Origin: Steroidobacteraceae bacterium
GTDB taxonomy: Bacteria > Pseudomonadota > Gammaproteobacteria > Steroidobacterales > Steroidobacteraceae
Reading direction: 5' to 3'
NCBI GenBank assembly: GCA_035553315.1
Contig: DATNDE010000019.1
Location: 316-64,315, forward strand
DNA length: 64,000 nucleotides
Shown here: piece by piece, positions 29,466-38,165 of the stretch
Numbering within the stretch: position 1 is the first letter of the stretch
Layout of the letters: each line of letters starts with the position of its first letter
Notes under the pieces: generated by a model
Told to the model about the DNA's origin: nothing
What the model saw: the letters and a program-made list of their open reading frames with translations, nothing else
Databases searched by the model: none
Program-made: the position numbers and the translations under genes

Positions 29466-30941
29466 TCAGGAGCCGCCGAGCACCTTGACTTTGGGGTTGG
29501 AATAGCCGCCGCCCGGCCCCGAGGCACCGGGCGGTCCGTTGCCCGGCGGTTGCGTGCCAACGCGCGTGCCCGCATGCGCAGCAGCGGCGGCCGCTGCCCC
29601 GCCCAGCACCAGCGTCGCGGAGGAAGCGCCTGCCGGCGAGGACTGCGTGGCGCCGGCTGCCCCGGACAGCTCGCGCGAGGCGCTCTGCGAGAGCGTGCGG
29701 TGCATGCCGGAGGTGTCGGTTCCGCCGGGCAAGCGAAAGCCGGCGATGGACTTGCGCAGCGCCGCGGCCAGATCCGCCAGCTTGATGATCGATTGCGAGG
29801 TGGCGCTGGTGGAGTCGGCCGATTGCGTGCTGATCTCGCGCAGTACCTGCATGTTGCGCGCGAGTGCCTGCGCCGCGGATGCCTGTCCGCGCGCACTGGC
29901 GGAGATGTTCTGCACCAGGCTCGCGATCTGGTTGGACACCTGATCGATCTCCAGCAGCGCCGCGCCGGCGTTCTCGGCCAGCAGCGCCCCACCCACCACA
30001 TCGGTGGTACTGCGCTCCATCGACACCACCGCCTCGTTGGTGTCGGTTTGAATGGTCCGCACCAGCACCTCGATCTGCTTGGTGGCATTGGCTGCGCGCT
30101 CGGCGAGCCGCTGCACCTCGTCGGCCACGACCGCAAACCCGCGACCGGCCTCCCCGGCCATGGACGCCTGGATCGAGGCGTTGAGCGCCAGGATGTTGGT
30201 CTGCTCGGCGATGTCGCTGATCAGCTCGACGATGTTGCCGATCTCCTGCGAGCTCTCGCCCAACCGCTTGATGCGCTTGCTGGTCTCCTGAATCGTCTCG
30301 CGGATCGCGTTCATGCCATCGATGGTGCGGCGAACGGCGTCGCCACCCTTATGGGCGACGTCCACCGAGTGGCGCGCGACATCGGCAGCGCGCTCGGCAT
30401 TGCCCGACACCTCTTCGATGGAAGCAGCCATCGCGCCGATCGACTCGCTCGCCGAGCCGATCTGCTTGGACTGCGCACTGGTCGCGCGCGTCAGGTGCGA
30501 GGCCAGCGCCTGCGTCTGCCGCGCCGCGGCGTCCAGCTGAATGGCCGACTGGGCGATCGTCGCCACCAGCTTGCGCAGAGCCTCGACCGCGTAATTGACC
30601 GAGTCCGCGATCGCCCCGGTGATGTCCTCCGTGACCGTCGCCTGCACCGTGAGATCACCCTCGGCGAGACTCGACATCTCATCGAGCAGCCGCATGATCG
30701 CCTGCTGATTGCGATCGGTATCCAGGCGCTGCGTCTCGGCCGCCTTGCGCGCATTCTCGGCCACCTGCTCCGCGTGCCGCAGGTAGGCGAGCAGCATCCA
30801 CAGCGGCGCGAGCGCCAGCAGCGCGGGCAACGCCGCCCAGAAAGCCGCCACGTGCGCCACCGAAAGCCCGATGGCAACCAGCGCGGCCAGCCCCGCTAGC
30901 GCGAGCGCCGCGAGCGCCAGTGTCTGCGGTCCGCGCCTCAC
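29466..30941 (-). CDS. pilJ: PilJ-type methyl-accepting chemotaxis protein lacking a periplasmic domain
   Basis: PilJ-specific linker ([43 protein letters not shown]) and a conserved MCP signalling hairpin ([39 protein letters not shown]). Only a TM hairpin precedes it. GTG 30941 overlaps the pilI stop (GTGA); ATG 31001 is possible. Confidence 0.85.
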   Translation of the reverse strand: MRRGPQTLALAALALAGLAALVAIGLSVAHVAAFWAALPALLALAPLWMLLAYLRHAEQVAENARKAAETQRLDTDRNQQAIMRLLDEMSSLAEGDLTVQATVTEDITGAIADSVNYAVEALRKLVATIAQSAIQLDAAARQTQALASHLTRATSAQSKQIGSASESIGAMAASIEEVSGNAERAADVARHSVDVAHKGGDAVRRTIDGMNAIRETIQETSKRIKRLGESSQEIGNIVELISDIAEQTNILALNASIQASMAGEAGRGFAVVADEVQRLAERAANATKQIEVLVRTIQTDTNEAVVSMERSTTDVVGGALLAENAGAALLEIDQVSNQIASLVQNISASARGQASAAQALARNMQVLREISTQSADSTSATSQSIIKLADLAAALRKSIAGFRLPGGTDTSGMHRTLSQSASRELSGAAGATQSSPAGASSATLVLGGAAAAAAAHAGTRVGTQPPGNGPPGASGPGGGYSNPKVKVLGGS

Positions 30942-31504
30942 GCGCTCGCCTCCAGGAATGAGACATCCTCCACCAGCGAGCGCAGCCCGAGCACCGGCCA
31001 CTGCTCATTGGTGCGCTTGAAGGAGCCGGCGATGTAGCGCGCAGAGTTTACGATGGTCGGGGGCACGTCCGCGGAAAACTCCGCATCGGCGAAGCGACGG
31101 AATCCGAGCACCTCGTCGACCACGAGTCCGGCGGGAATGTCGCGATGGTTGACAACGATGATGCGCGCAGTGCGCGCGGCCGGGGTCTCGCCACCCCCCA
31201 GGTAGGCACGCAGATCGATGATCGGCAGCAGCGCCCCGCGCACGTTGGCCAGCCCGAGGATCCAGCTTTTCGCGCCGGGCACCCGTGTAAGGGGTGAAGG
31301 CACGCCGAGCACCTCGCGTGCCTCTTCGCGTGCCACCAAGTAGAGCTCTCCTGCCATCTTCAATGCCACGCCGACCCATTCCCCGGCGGCTGCCGCCTCG
31401 GTGCCCGCGCTGGCGGTGACCGCCCGGCCACGACGCTCGAGCTCGGCCAGCAGCTCGAAGGGCCGATCCCGCAGCGCTCTGAGCGTCGAGGTGCTCTCCT
31501 GCAT
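30938..31504 (-). CDS. pilI: CheW-like coupling protein PilI
   Basis: CheW fold ([15 protein letters not shown]...[17 protein letters not shown]...[11 protein letters not shown]). ATG 31504 lies just after the pilH stop. Confidence 0.8.
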   Translation of the reverse strand: MQESTSTLRALRDRPFELLAELERRGRAVTASAGTEAAAAGEWVGVALKMAGELYLVAREEAREVLGVPSPLTRVPGAKSWILGLANVRGALLPIIDLRAYLGGGETPAARTARIIVVNHRDIPAGLVVDEVLGFRRFADAEFSADVPPTIVNSARYIAGSFKRTNEQWPVLGLRSLVEDVSFLEASA

Positions 31505-31505
31505 G

Positions 31506-31871
31506 TCAGGCTGCGAGCGTCGCCTGAGCCTTCTCGACCAACTGGTCCGGCGACACCGGCTTGACCAGGTAATCGATCGCACCCTGGCGCAGTCCCCAGA
31601 CCCGGTCGGCCGCCTGTCCCTTCGAAGTCACCATGACGATCGGAATCGAGCTCGTGTCCGGATCGTTCACCAGCGCACGGGTGGCCTGATAGCCATTCAC
31701 GCCGGGCATGACGATGTCCATGAAAATCAGGTCCGGATGCATCTGGCGCGCGAGCCGCACACCCTCGGCGCCGTCGGTTGCGGTGGCCGTGCGGTAGCCG
31801 TGACGCTCGAGGGCCTTCTGCATCACGTGCACCTCGGTCGGCGAATCGTCCACGATGAGGATCAGCGCCAT
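31506..31871 (-). CDS. pilH: CheY-like response regulator PilH
   Basis: 121 aa single receiver (ILIVDDS, DLIFMDIVMPG, VTSK). Confidence 0.85.
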   Translation of the reverse strand: MALILIVDDSPTEVHVMQKALERHGYRTATATDGAEGVRLARQMHPDLIFMDIVMPGVNGYQATRALVNDPDTSSIPIVMVTSKGQAADRVWGLRQGAIDYLVKPVSPDQLVEKAQATLAA

Positions 31872-31903
31872 GGCGTCATCTCCGCGTCACTTCCGCGTCA
31901 TCT

Positions 31904-32377
31904 TCATCGCCCGATGTGCGACTCGATCGCACTGAGCAGCTCGTCCTTCGTGAAGGGCTTGGTCAGATAGTGCTCCGAGCCCACGATGCGTCCGCGCGCA
32001 CGATCGAACAGCCCGTCCTTGGAGGACAGCATGATGACCGGAATCGAGCGGAATACTTTGTTGTGTTTGATGAGCGCGCAGGTCTGATAACCGTCCAGAC
32101 GCGGCATCATGATATCGACAAATACGATGTCCGGCTGATGATCCGCGATCTTGGCGAGCGCATCGAAGCCATCCACTGCCGTGAAGACCTCGCAGCCCTC
32201 CTTGGTGAGCAGCGTCTCGGCCGTGCGGCGAATCGTCTTGCTGTCGTCGATGACCAGCACCTTCAGGCCGCGAAGCGATGACGCCGGCGGCCGGGGCGCC
32301 GTGGCCGCCATATGGGTGGTGCCGCCGGCACCCCCACCATCGGCTGCTGCGCCACGCTCGTCCATCGTCGATTCCAT
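31904..32377 (-). CDS. pilG: CheY-like response regulator PilG
   Basis: Receiver domain (VLVIDDSKTIR, DIVFVDIMMPRLDG, MLSSKDG...YLTKPF) with a Gly/Ala-rich N-terminal extension. ATG 32377 is preceded by GGAGGG; GTG 32386 is the ORF limit. Confidence 0.85.
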   Translation of the reverse strand: MESTMDERGAAADGGGAGGTTHMAATAPRPPASSLRGLKVLVIDDSKTIRRTAETLLTKEGCEVFTAVDGFDALAKIADHQPDIVFVDIMMPRLDGYQTCALIKHNKVFRSIPVIMLSSKDGLFDRARGRIVGSEHYLTKPFTKDELLSAIESHIGR

Positions 32378-32495
32378 GCTCCACACCCTCCGGCCCGGTC
32401 CGGCGGCCGCCCTGTGTCCCTAAGCTTGACTCGCTCCCGGCGGCGATACCCTATACAGACGAGGCTCTCCTTGGCGCGGTGCCAAGTCCCGCCTT

Positions 32496-32540
32496 CTCGA
32501 ATCGGTCTGCCTCGAAACGGTTTGCCTCGAGCAAGTCCCG
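32496..32540. repeat. Three 15-bp-periodic direct repeats (CTCGAAWCGGTYTGC x2, plus a degenerate third) in the pilG/gshB divergent intergenic region
   Basis: CTCGA occurs at 32496, 32511 and 32526. Units 1 and 2 read ctcgaatcggtctgc and ctcgaaacggtttgc. CAAGTCCCG also flanks the array at 32483 and 32532. Confidence 0.6.
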
Positions 32541-32755
32541 TCGGCACAATCGCGGCCGGCAGCGAGTTCGCGCCGCGTGCCGCGCGTTTTAACATATCGG
32601 CACACCCCCCGCTATGCCGCCCCCGTCACGGTTTTTGAAGGCCACGACGCCTCTTCGCGACCCCTGGCGGCGATGTGGAACATAATCCCACCGGCGCGTC
32701 CTGCGAGGCTGCGCTCGGGCCGCTGCGCAGCCCGAAGTTGGAGGAGCGAGAGAGA

Positions 32756-33754
32756 ATGGCTACATCCGTGCGATCGGCCCCCGTCCGACTGGCCGTGGTC
32801 ATGGACCCGATCGGGCTGATCAAATACGCCAAGGACACGACGCTCGCCCTGCTGCTGGCGGCGCAGTCGCGCGGCTGGTCGCTGCACTACCTGGAACAGA
32901 AGGACCTGCGTCTGCGCGACGGCGTGGCGGAGGGCCGAGTGCGTGATCTGAGCGTGCGCGCCGACCCGCAGCAGTGGTTCACGCTCGGTGAGCCGGCCAC
33001 GCAAGCCCTGGGCGACTTCGACGTCATCCTCATGCGCAAGGATCCGCCGTTCGACACCGAATACATCTATACGACCTATATCCTCGAGCGCGCCGAGGCC
33101 GCCGGTGCCCTCGTGGTCAACCGACCGCGCGGTCTGCGTGATATGAATGAGAAAGTGTTCACCGCGTGGTTCCCGCAGTGCTGCGCCCCGACGCTGGTGA
33201 CGCGCGACATGGCCGAGATGGCCGCCTTCGCCGCCGAACACGGCAAGGTGGTGGTCAAACCCCTGCACGGCATGGGCGGCCATTCCATCTTCGTGCTCGA
33301 CCGTGCCGACAAGAACGCCCGGGTCGTGTTCGAGACCCTGACCGATGAGGGTCGTCGCTTTGCCATCGTGCAGAAATATCTTCCCGACATCGTCACCGGC
33401 GGCGATTCGCGCGTGCTGATGGTCAACGGCGAACCGGTGCCCTATGCGCTGGCGCGCATTCCCAATGCCGAGGACAACCGCGGCAATCTCGCCGCTGGCG
33501 CCAAGGGCGTGGGGCGCCCCTTGACCGAGCGCGACCACTGGCTCGCGGGACAGATCGGTCCGGCGCTGCGCGAGGCCGGCATGCTGTTCGTCGGCCTGGA
33601 TGTCATCGGCGGCTATGTCACCGAGATCAACGTGACCAGCCCCACGGGGCTACGCGAGCTGGAAAAGCAGTTCGGCATCGACATCGGCGCACTGTTCATG
33701 GATGCCGTCGAGCAGCGTCTGCAGCGCCACACCGCACGCGTCGCATCAGCATGA
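32756..33754 (+). CDS. gshB: Glutathione synthetase
   Basis: VVMDPI..IKYAKDTTLALLLAAQSRGW, VILMRKDPPFD and an ATP-grasp C-terminus (EINVTSPTG). ATG 32756 follows GGAGGAG. Confidence 0.9.
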   Translation: MATSVRSAPVRLAVVMDPIGLIKYAKDTTLALLLAAQSRGWSLHYLEQKDLRLRDGVAEGRVRDLSVRADPQQWFTLGEPATQALGDFDVILMRKDPPFDTEYIYTTYILERAEAAGALVVNRPRGLRDMNEKVFTAWFPQCCAPTLVTRDMAEMAAFAAEHGKVVVKPLHGMGGHSIFVLDRADKNARVVFETLTDEGRRFAIVQKYLPDIVTGGDSRVLMVNGEPVPYALARIPNAEDNRGNLAAGAKGVGRPLTERDHWLAGQIGPALREAGMLFVGLDVIGGYVTEINVTSPTGLRELEKQFGIDIGALFMDAVEQRLQRHTARVASA

Positions 33755-33800
33755 CACTCGCCCGCCATGAGCCTTTGCCCGCCATGAGCCACTGCCCGCC

Positions 33801-34778
33801 GTGAGTGCCGCTTCCTCCATCGCACGCGGCAACGCGAACCCGCGCCTGCGCGAGGGGCGCGCCCCAGTGCGTGAGCGGCTCATGGTCATGCTGTTCCTCA
33901 TGGCGTTGCTGCACGCCATCATCATTCTGGGCGTCGGCTTCTCCAGCGGCGCGCGCAGCAGCAGCGGCGAAGTCCCGCAGCTCGACGTCATGCTGGTGAC
34001 CAACGATGTGCCCGAGGCGCGCAGCAACCGCACCGCCGCCTACCTCTCGCAGCGCACGCAGATCGGCGCCGGCGACACCGATTCGCAGCAGCCGGGCAGC
34101 CCCGCGAGCCGCGGCGCACAGGCAAGCGCCGCCGAGCCGCTGCAGGGCGATGATCCGAGCGCCCATACCGGGGCCGGCCACACTGCCGAGCAGCGCCTGC
34201 TCACGAGCACCGGCGCCAGCCCCGACATCCGCTACTTCGGCGAGATCGAGACCTCCTCCGCGCAGGCGCTGCCGGAGATGCTCGGCGAATTGCCGGGTGC
34301 GCCGCGCAGCGGCCGCGGCGATGCGGTGCAGCTGCTGCTTCGCGGCAAATCAACCGCCCAGCACTGGGTCAGCCCGGACACCCAGGCCTCCGTACTGGCC
34401 CCCTACCTTGCCGAATGGAAGCGCAAGGTCGAACGCGTCGGCACCTTGAATTTTCCCAGCGCCGCGCGTCGCTCCGGCCTCTCCGGCAGTCCCGTCGTCG
34501 AAGTGGAAATCGCTGCCAATGGCCGCCTGCGGGAAGTGAAGGTGCGTCGCAGCAGCGGTTACGGCGCCCTGGATCAGGCCGCCCTCACCATTTTGCGCCT
34601 GGCCAGCCCCTTCAACCCCTTCCCCGCCGATCTCGCCGCCGAGTACTCGCGCCTGCGCTTCGCCTATCAATGGGACTTCGAGGCCGGCAACCTGACCTCC
34701 GCCACCGTACCGGCCATCGCCGGCGCGGCCCCCGCGGTCAACAGCGCCCCCGCGGTCGGCACCGCCCCTGGGCCCTGA
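33801..34778 (+). CDS. TonB-family energy transducer (TonB3-like)
   Basis: GTG start, one N-terminal TM helix, a long low-complexity linker, and a TonB_C domain (GSPVVEVEIAANGRLREVKVRRSSGYGALDQAAL). It occupies the same position next to gshB as tonB3 does in P. aeruginosa. Confidence 0.75.
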   Translation: MSAASSIARGNANPRLREGRAPVRERLMVMLFLMALLHAIIILGVGFSSGARSSSGEVPQLDVMLVTNDVPEARSNRTAAYLSQRTQIGAGDTDSQQPGSPASRGAQASAAEPLQGDDPSAHTGAGHTAEQRLLTSTGASPDIRYFGEIETSSAQALPEMLGELPGAPRSGRGDAVQLLLRGKSTAQHWVSPDTQASVLAPYLAEWKRKVERVGTLNFPSAARRSGLSGSPVVEVEIAANGRLREVKVRRSSGYGALDQAALTILRLASPFNPFPADLAAEYSRLRFAYQWDFEAGNLTSATVPAIAGAAPAVNSAPAVGTAPGP

Positions 34779-34841
34779 GCGAGACAGTGGCGCTCCGGGG
34801 CGAGACGGTTGTGATCGGGGTGTCAGATACGCCCCGGCGCC

Positions 34842-34870
34842 CTTGAGGCAGTGCCCCCCTGACCCCATAC
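34842..34870 (+). promoter_or_regulatory. Candidate sigma32-like promoter (CTTGAGG-14 nt-CCCCATAC), 7 nt before the algH ATG
   Basis: The -10 octamer is identical to that of the htpG promoter in this window, and the spacing is the same (14 nt). There is no Shine-Dalgarno before ATG 34878. Confidence 0.3.
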
Positions 34871-34877
34871 TCCCTCC

Positions 34878-35504
34878 ATGGGCACTTCTACCTCCCGGTC
34901 GAGTCCCGTGAGCTTGGGCACCGATTTGCGTGCTGATGCTCCTGGAACCCTGAGCTCCCTGGCCAACCATCTGCTCATTGCGATGCCTTCCCTCACCGAG
35001 GGCCTGTTCGCGCAGACCGTCGTCCTGATCTGCGAGCACAGCGAGCAGGCGGTGCTGGGCATCGTGCTGAACAAGCCGCTGGGCATGAAGCTCGGCGATG
35101 TCATGTCGCAGATGAAGCTGGAGCCCACGGACATCCGCATCGGCGAGCAGCCGGTGCTGCAGGGCGGCCCGATGAATCGGGACCGTGGCTTCGTGCTGCA
35201 CCGTCCCGGTGGCAACTGGGACTCCACGCATCGGGTGTCCGACAATGTGCAGGTCACCACCTCGCGCGACGTGCTGGCGGCGATCGCCCGCGGCGAGGGG
35301 CCCCAGGACGCGTTCGTGGCGCTGGGCTATGCCGGCTGGGAGGGCGGACAGCTCGAGCGCGAGATGCTCGACAATGCCTGGCTGACCGTGCCGATGAACG
35401 AGCACATCGTGTTCGACCTGCCTTTCGAGGATCGCTGGCAGGCCGCCTGGCAGCTGCTGGGTATCGACAGCTCGCGCGTGAGCCTCACGGCGGGCCATGC
35501 CTGA
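34878..35504 (+). CDS. algH: YqgE/AlgH family protein
   Basis: HLLIAMPSLTEGLFAQTVVLICEHSEQAVLGIVLNKP is the family signature. It carries a ~25 aa N-terminal extension relative to E. coli YqgE. Confidence 0.85.
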   Translation: MGTSTSRSSPVSLGTDLRADAPGTLSSLANHLLIAMPSLTEGLFAQTVVLICEHSEQAVLGIVLNKPLGMKLGDVMSQMKLEPTDIRIGEQPVLQGGPMNRDRGFVLHRPGGNWDSTHRVSDNVQVTTSRDVLAAIARGEGPQDAFVALGYAGWEGGQLEREMLDNAWLTVPMNEHIVFDLPFEDRWQAAWQLLGIDSSRVSLTAGHA

Positions 35505-35961
35505 AGAGCGCGGCCGCATCGCGCTCGGCTTCGACTTCGGCCTCAAACGCATCGGCATCGCTTCCGGCGACACCATCAGCAGGGCGGCGGCGCCCTGTGC
35601 AGCCGTACGCATGGGTCCAGCGGGACCTGACTGGCCGGCGATCGATCAGCTCCTCCGCCGCTTCCGACCCGACATCCTCATCGTCGGCGCGCCCTGCCAC
35701 GCCGACGGCAGCGCGAGCAGCCTGAGCGCGGCCGCCGACCGTTTCGCCGCTGATCTCGCCTCCCGCTGTGGGCTCGCCGTGCTACGCGCCGATGAATTCG
35801 CTTCCTCGATCGAGGCGGCAGCAGCGCTACGCGACCTGCGGGCCAGCGGCGCGCGCCGCCGGCGCGTGCAACATGCCGACATCGATGCCGCGGCTGCCGC
35901 TATCATCCTCGGCCGCTGGCTGGCAGCGCAGACCAAGGGCGGGATGGACGGACCGACATGA
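35497..35961 (+). CDS. ruvX: Holliday junction resolvase-like RuvX (YqgF)
   Basis: The GFDFGLKRIGIASGD N-terminus. It overlaps algH by 8 nt and pyrB by 4 nt. Confidence 0.85.
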   Translation: MPEERGRIALGFDFGLKRIGIASGDTISRAAAPCAAVRMGPAGPDWPAIDQLLRRFRPDILIVGAPCHADGSASSLSAAADRFAADLASRCGLAVLRADEFASSIEAAAALRDLRASGARRRRVQHADIDAAAAAIILGRWLAAQTKGGMDGPT

Positions 35962-36911
35962 TCGAGCAGCGACGCGCGGACGGCTCTTTGCGCCACCTGA
36001 TCAGTCTGCAGGGGCTGCATCGCCACGAGGTCGAGGCGCTGCTGCGGCGTGCGAGTCACTTCACGCGCGTCCCGGATGAACGCCCGCTGCGTAGCGAGGC
36101 GCTCGCCGGCGTCCAGATCGCCAACCTGTTCACCGAGCCCTCGACGCGTACGCGCGTGTCCTTCGAGCTCGCCGGGCGCCGTCTGGGCGCCGACGTGGTC
36201 AACCTGGAAGTGCAGCTCTCCTCACGCGTCAAGGGCGAGAGCATGCTCGATACGATCTATACACTGCAGGCACTGCACTTCGATGTCTTCGTCATCCGCG
36301 ACGCCGAGCCCGGTGTGCTCGAGCATGTGGCCTCGCACGTGGACCCCGAAGTGAGCGTCGTCTCCGCAGGAGAGGCGCATCTCTCGCACCCCACCCAGGG
36401 ACTGCTCGATGCACTCACGGTGCTGCAGTTCAAGGGTGCGATCGAGCCACTGAGCATTGCGATCGTCGGGGACATCCGCCACTCGCGTGTCGCGCGCTCG
36501 GCCTATCACGTGTTCCGCGCGCTGCAGGCGCGCGAAGTGCGCCTGATCGCACCTCCCGCTCTCATGCCGGCATCGGAGGAATTCGCCGGCTGTGCGCGCT
36601 CGCACAGCCTCGATGAGGGTCTGAGCGGCATCGACGTGGTCATGATGCTGCGCATTCAGAAGGAGCGCTTCGTCGAGGCGTCCATGCCCGACGGGGCCGA
36701 GTATTTTGCGCGCTATGGTCTGACCGCAGAGCGGCTCGCCCGCGCGCAGCCGGATGCGATCGTCATGCACCCGCAGCCGATGAACCGTGGCATCGAGATC
36801 GCCTCCGAGGTCGCCGACGGACCGCAGTCGGTAATCCGCGCTCAGGTCAGCAATGGCGTGGCCGTGCGCATGGCGGTGCTCGAGACCATCGCAGGCCGGC
36901 ACGCGGCATGA
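35958..36911 (+). CDS. pyrB: Aspartate carbamoyltransferase catalytic subunit
   Basis: FTEPSTRTRVSFE, SHPTQGLLD and the HPQPMNRG motif. Confidence 0.95.
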   Translation: MIEQRRADGSLRHLISLQGLHRHEVEALLRRASHFTRVPDERPLRSEALAGVQIANLFTEPSTRTRVSFELAGRRLGADVVNLEVQLSSRVKGESMLDTIYTLQALHFDVFVIRDAEPGVLEHVASHVDPEVSVVSAGEAHLSHPTQGLLDALTVLQFKGAIEPLSIAIVGDIRHSRVARSAYHVFRALQAREVRLIAPPALMPASEEFAGCARSHSLDEGLSGIDVVMMLRIQKERFVEASMPDGAEYFARYGLTAERLARAQPDAIVMHPQPMNRGIEIASEVADGPQSVIRAQVSNGVAVRMAVLETIAGRHAA

Positions 36912-37825
36912 GCTTGCCCTCCATGGCGCAGCCCGCCGCCGCACCGATCGCCCGCGCGCATCGCGGCACTATCTTTGTCGAGCAGGCCACGGTGCTCGCG
37001 CACACGCATTTCGCCGGCGAGCAGCACGTGCTGCGCGTCGCGGCCCCGCGCTGCGCGTCGCGCGCCGAGCCCGGCAGCTTTGCACACGTGCAGTGCTCGA
37101 TGGATCTGCCCATGCGCCGGCCCATGTCCATCATGCGCGCGAGCGTGCGTGATGGTTGGATCGAGCTGCTCTACAAAGTGGTCGGAGCCGGCTCGCGTGC
37201 CTTGGCCCGTGTGCAGCCGGGCGAGTCGCTGAGCCTGCTGGGTCCCATCGGCCGCGGGTTCACGCCTCACGCGCAGCGCCCGCGCGTGCTCGCCCTCGGC
37301 GGCGGAGTGGGTATCCCGCCGATGGTGTTCCTCGCCGAGCGGCTGGTGGAAGCCGGCGCGCCGTGGAAGCCGCTGGTCCTCATGGGCTCGGAGCTGCCCT
37401 TCCCGTTTCGCAGCCGCCCCTCCACCATCCTGACCCCCGGCATGCCCGATGAGGCCATCGGCTGCATGCCGCTGCTGGATGAATGGGGCGTGCCTTCACG
37501 CCTCGCGAGCCTGGCCGGCTTCGCCGGTTGTTTCGAGGGCTATGTCACCGAGCTCGCGCGCCGCTGGCTTGGCTCGCTGAATGCCGCCGCCCGCGCCGAA
37601 GTGGAGATGTTCGCCTGCGGTCCAACGCCGATGCTAGCCGCCTGTGCGCGCCTCGCCGCCGAATTCGACCTGCCCTGCCAGGTGTCGCTCGAGGAGTTCA
37701 TGGCCTGCGCCGTGGGCGGCTGTGCTGGCTGCGCCGTCCCGGTCCGCACCCCGGACGGCAGCACCTCGATGAAGCGCGTGTGTGTCGACGGGCCGGTATT
37801 TGAGGCCAGCCATATCTTTGGCTGA
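36908..37825 (+). CDS. PyrK-like FAD/[2Fe-2S] electron-transfer subunit (dihydroorotate dehydrogenase B-type partner family)
   Basis: PGSFAHVQC..MRRPMSIM, LGPIGRGF, ALGGGVGIPPM and FACGPTPM, with the C-terminal cluster motif CAVGGCAGCAV...RVCVDGPVF. Its ATG overlaps the pyrB stop (ATGA). Confidence 0.75.
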   Translation: MSLPSMAQPAAAPIARAHRGTIFVEQATVLAHTHFAGEQHVLRVAAPRCASRAEPGSFAHVQCSMDLPMRRPMSIMRASVRDGWIELLYKVVGAGSRALARVQPGESLSLLGPIGRGFTPHAQRPRVLALGGGVGIPPMVFLAERLVEAGAPWKPLVLMGSELPFPFRSRPSTILTPGMPDEAIGCMPLLDEWGVPSRLASLAGFAGCFEGYVTELARRWLGSLNAAARAEVEMFACGPTPMLAACARLAAEFDLPCQVSLEEFMACAVGGCAGCAVPVRTPDGSTSMKRVCVDGPVFEASHIFG

Positions 37826-38165
37826 TGGCACCGACTCGTTGCCGGCGGGGACGGCGTAACCCCGGTCCCAGAAGTAATAGTCCATGGCGCCGAGGGCAAC
37901 AACCGTCACCAGCAGCGCCGCCAGCGCCTGCTTGAGATCCGAAGACACGAGGCTGACTCCCGAAGGTGACCCGGCGCGTCCCGCGCTCCGCGCTGCAAAC
38001 TCCGTACCGCCGCCCGAGAGAGCCTCGGCTGCCGCTCGACGCTCCCGCGTCGGGATTCGGCGCCGATTGCAGGCATTCCTTACAAACAAACAGGCAGTTT
38101 TGAATGTTCCCATCATCGCTGGCAGCGTGCACATTCACGCATATCTTCCGACGCCCGAGGACCGG

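Noticed and set aside
38095-38115. A Fur box in front of the ferritin-like gene (tgaatgttcccatcatcg).
   Set aside because: Only a few positions match the GATAATGATAATCATTATC consensus. There is no dyad symmetry.
37634-38134. Minus-strand ORF with a convincing-looking TM helix (ALAALLVTVVALGAMDYYFW) in the pyrK-like / ferritin-like intergenic region.
   Set aside because: It has to run about 190 nt antisense into the 3' end of the pyrK-like gene to reach a stop. It has no SD or family match. A short real peptide cannot be excluded.
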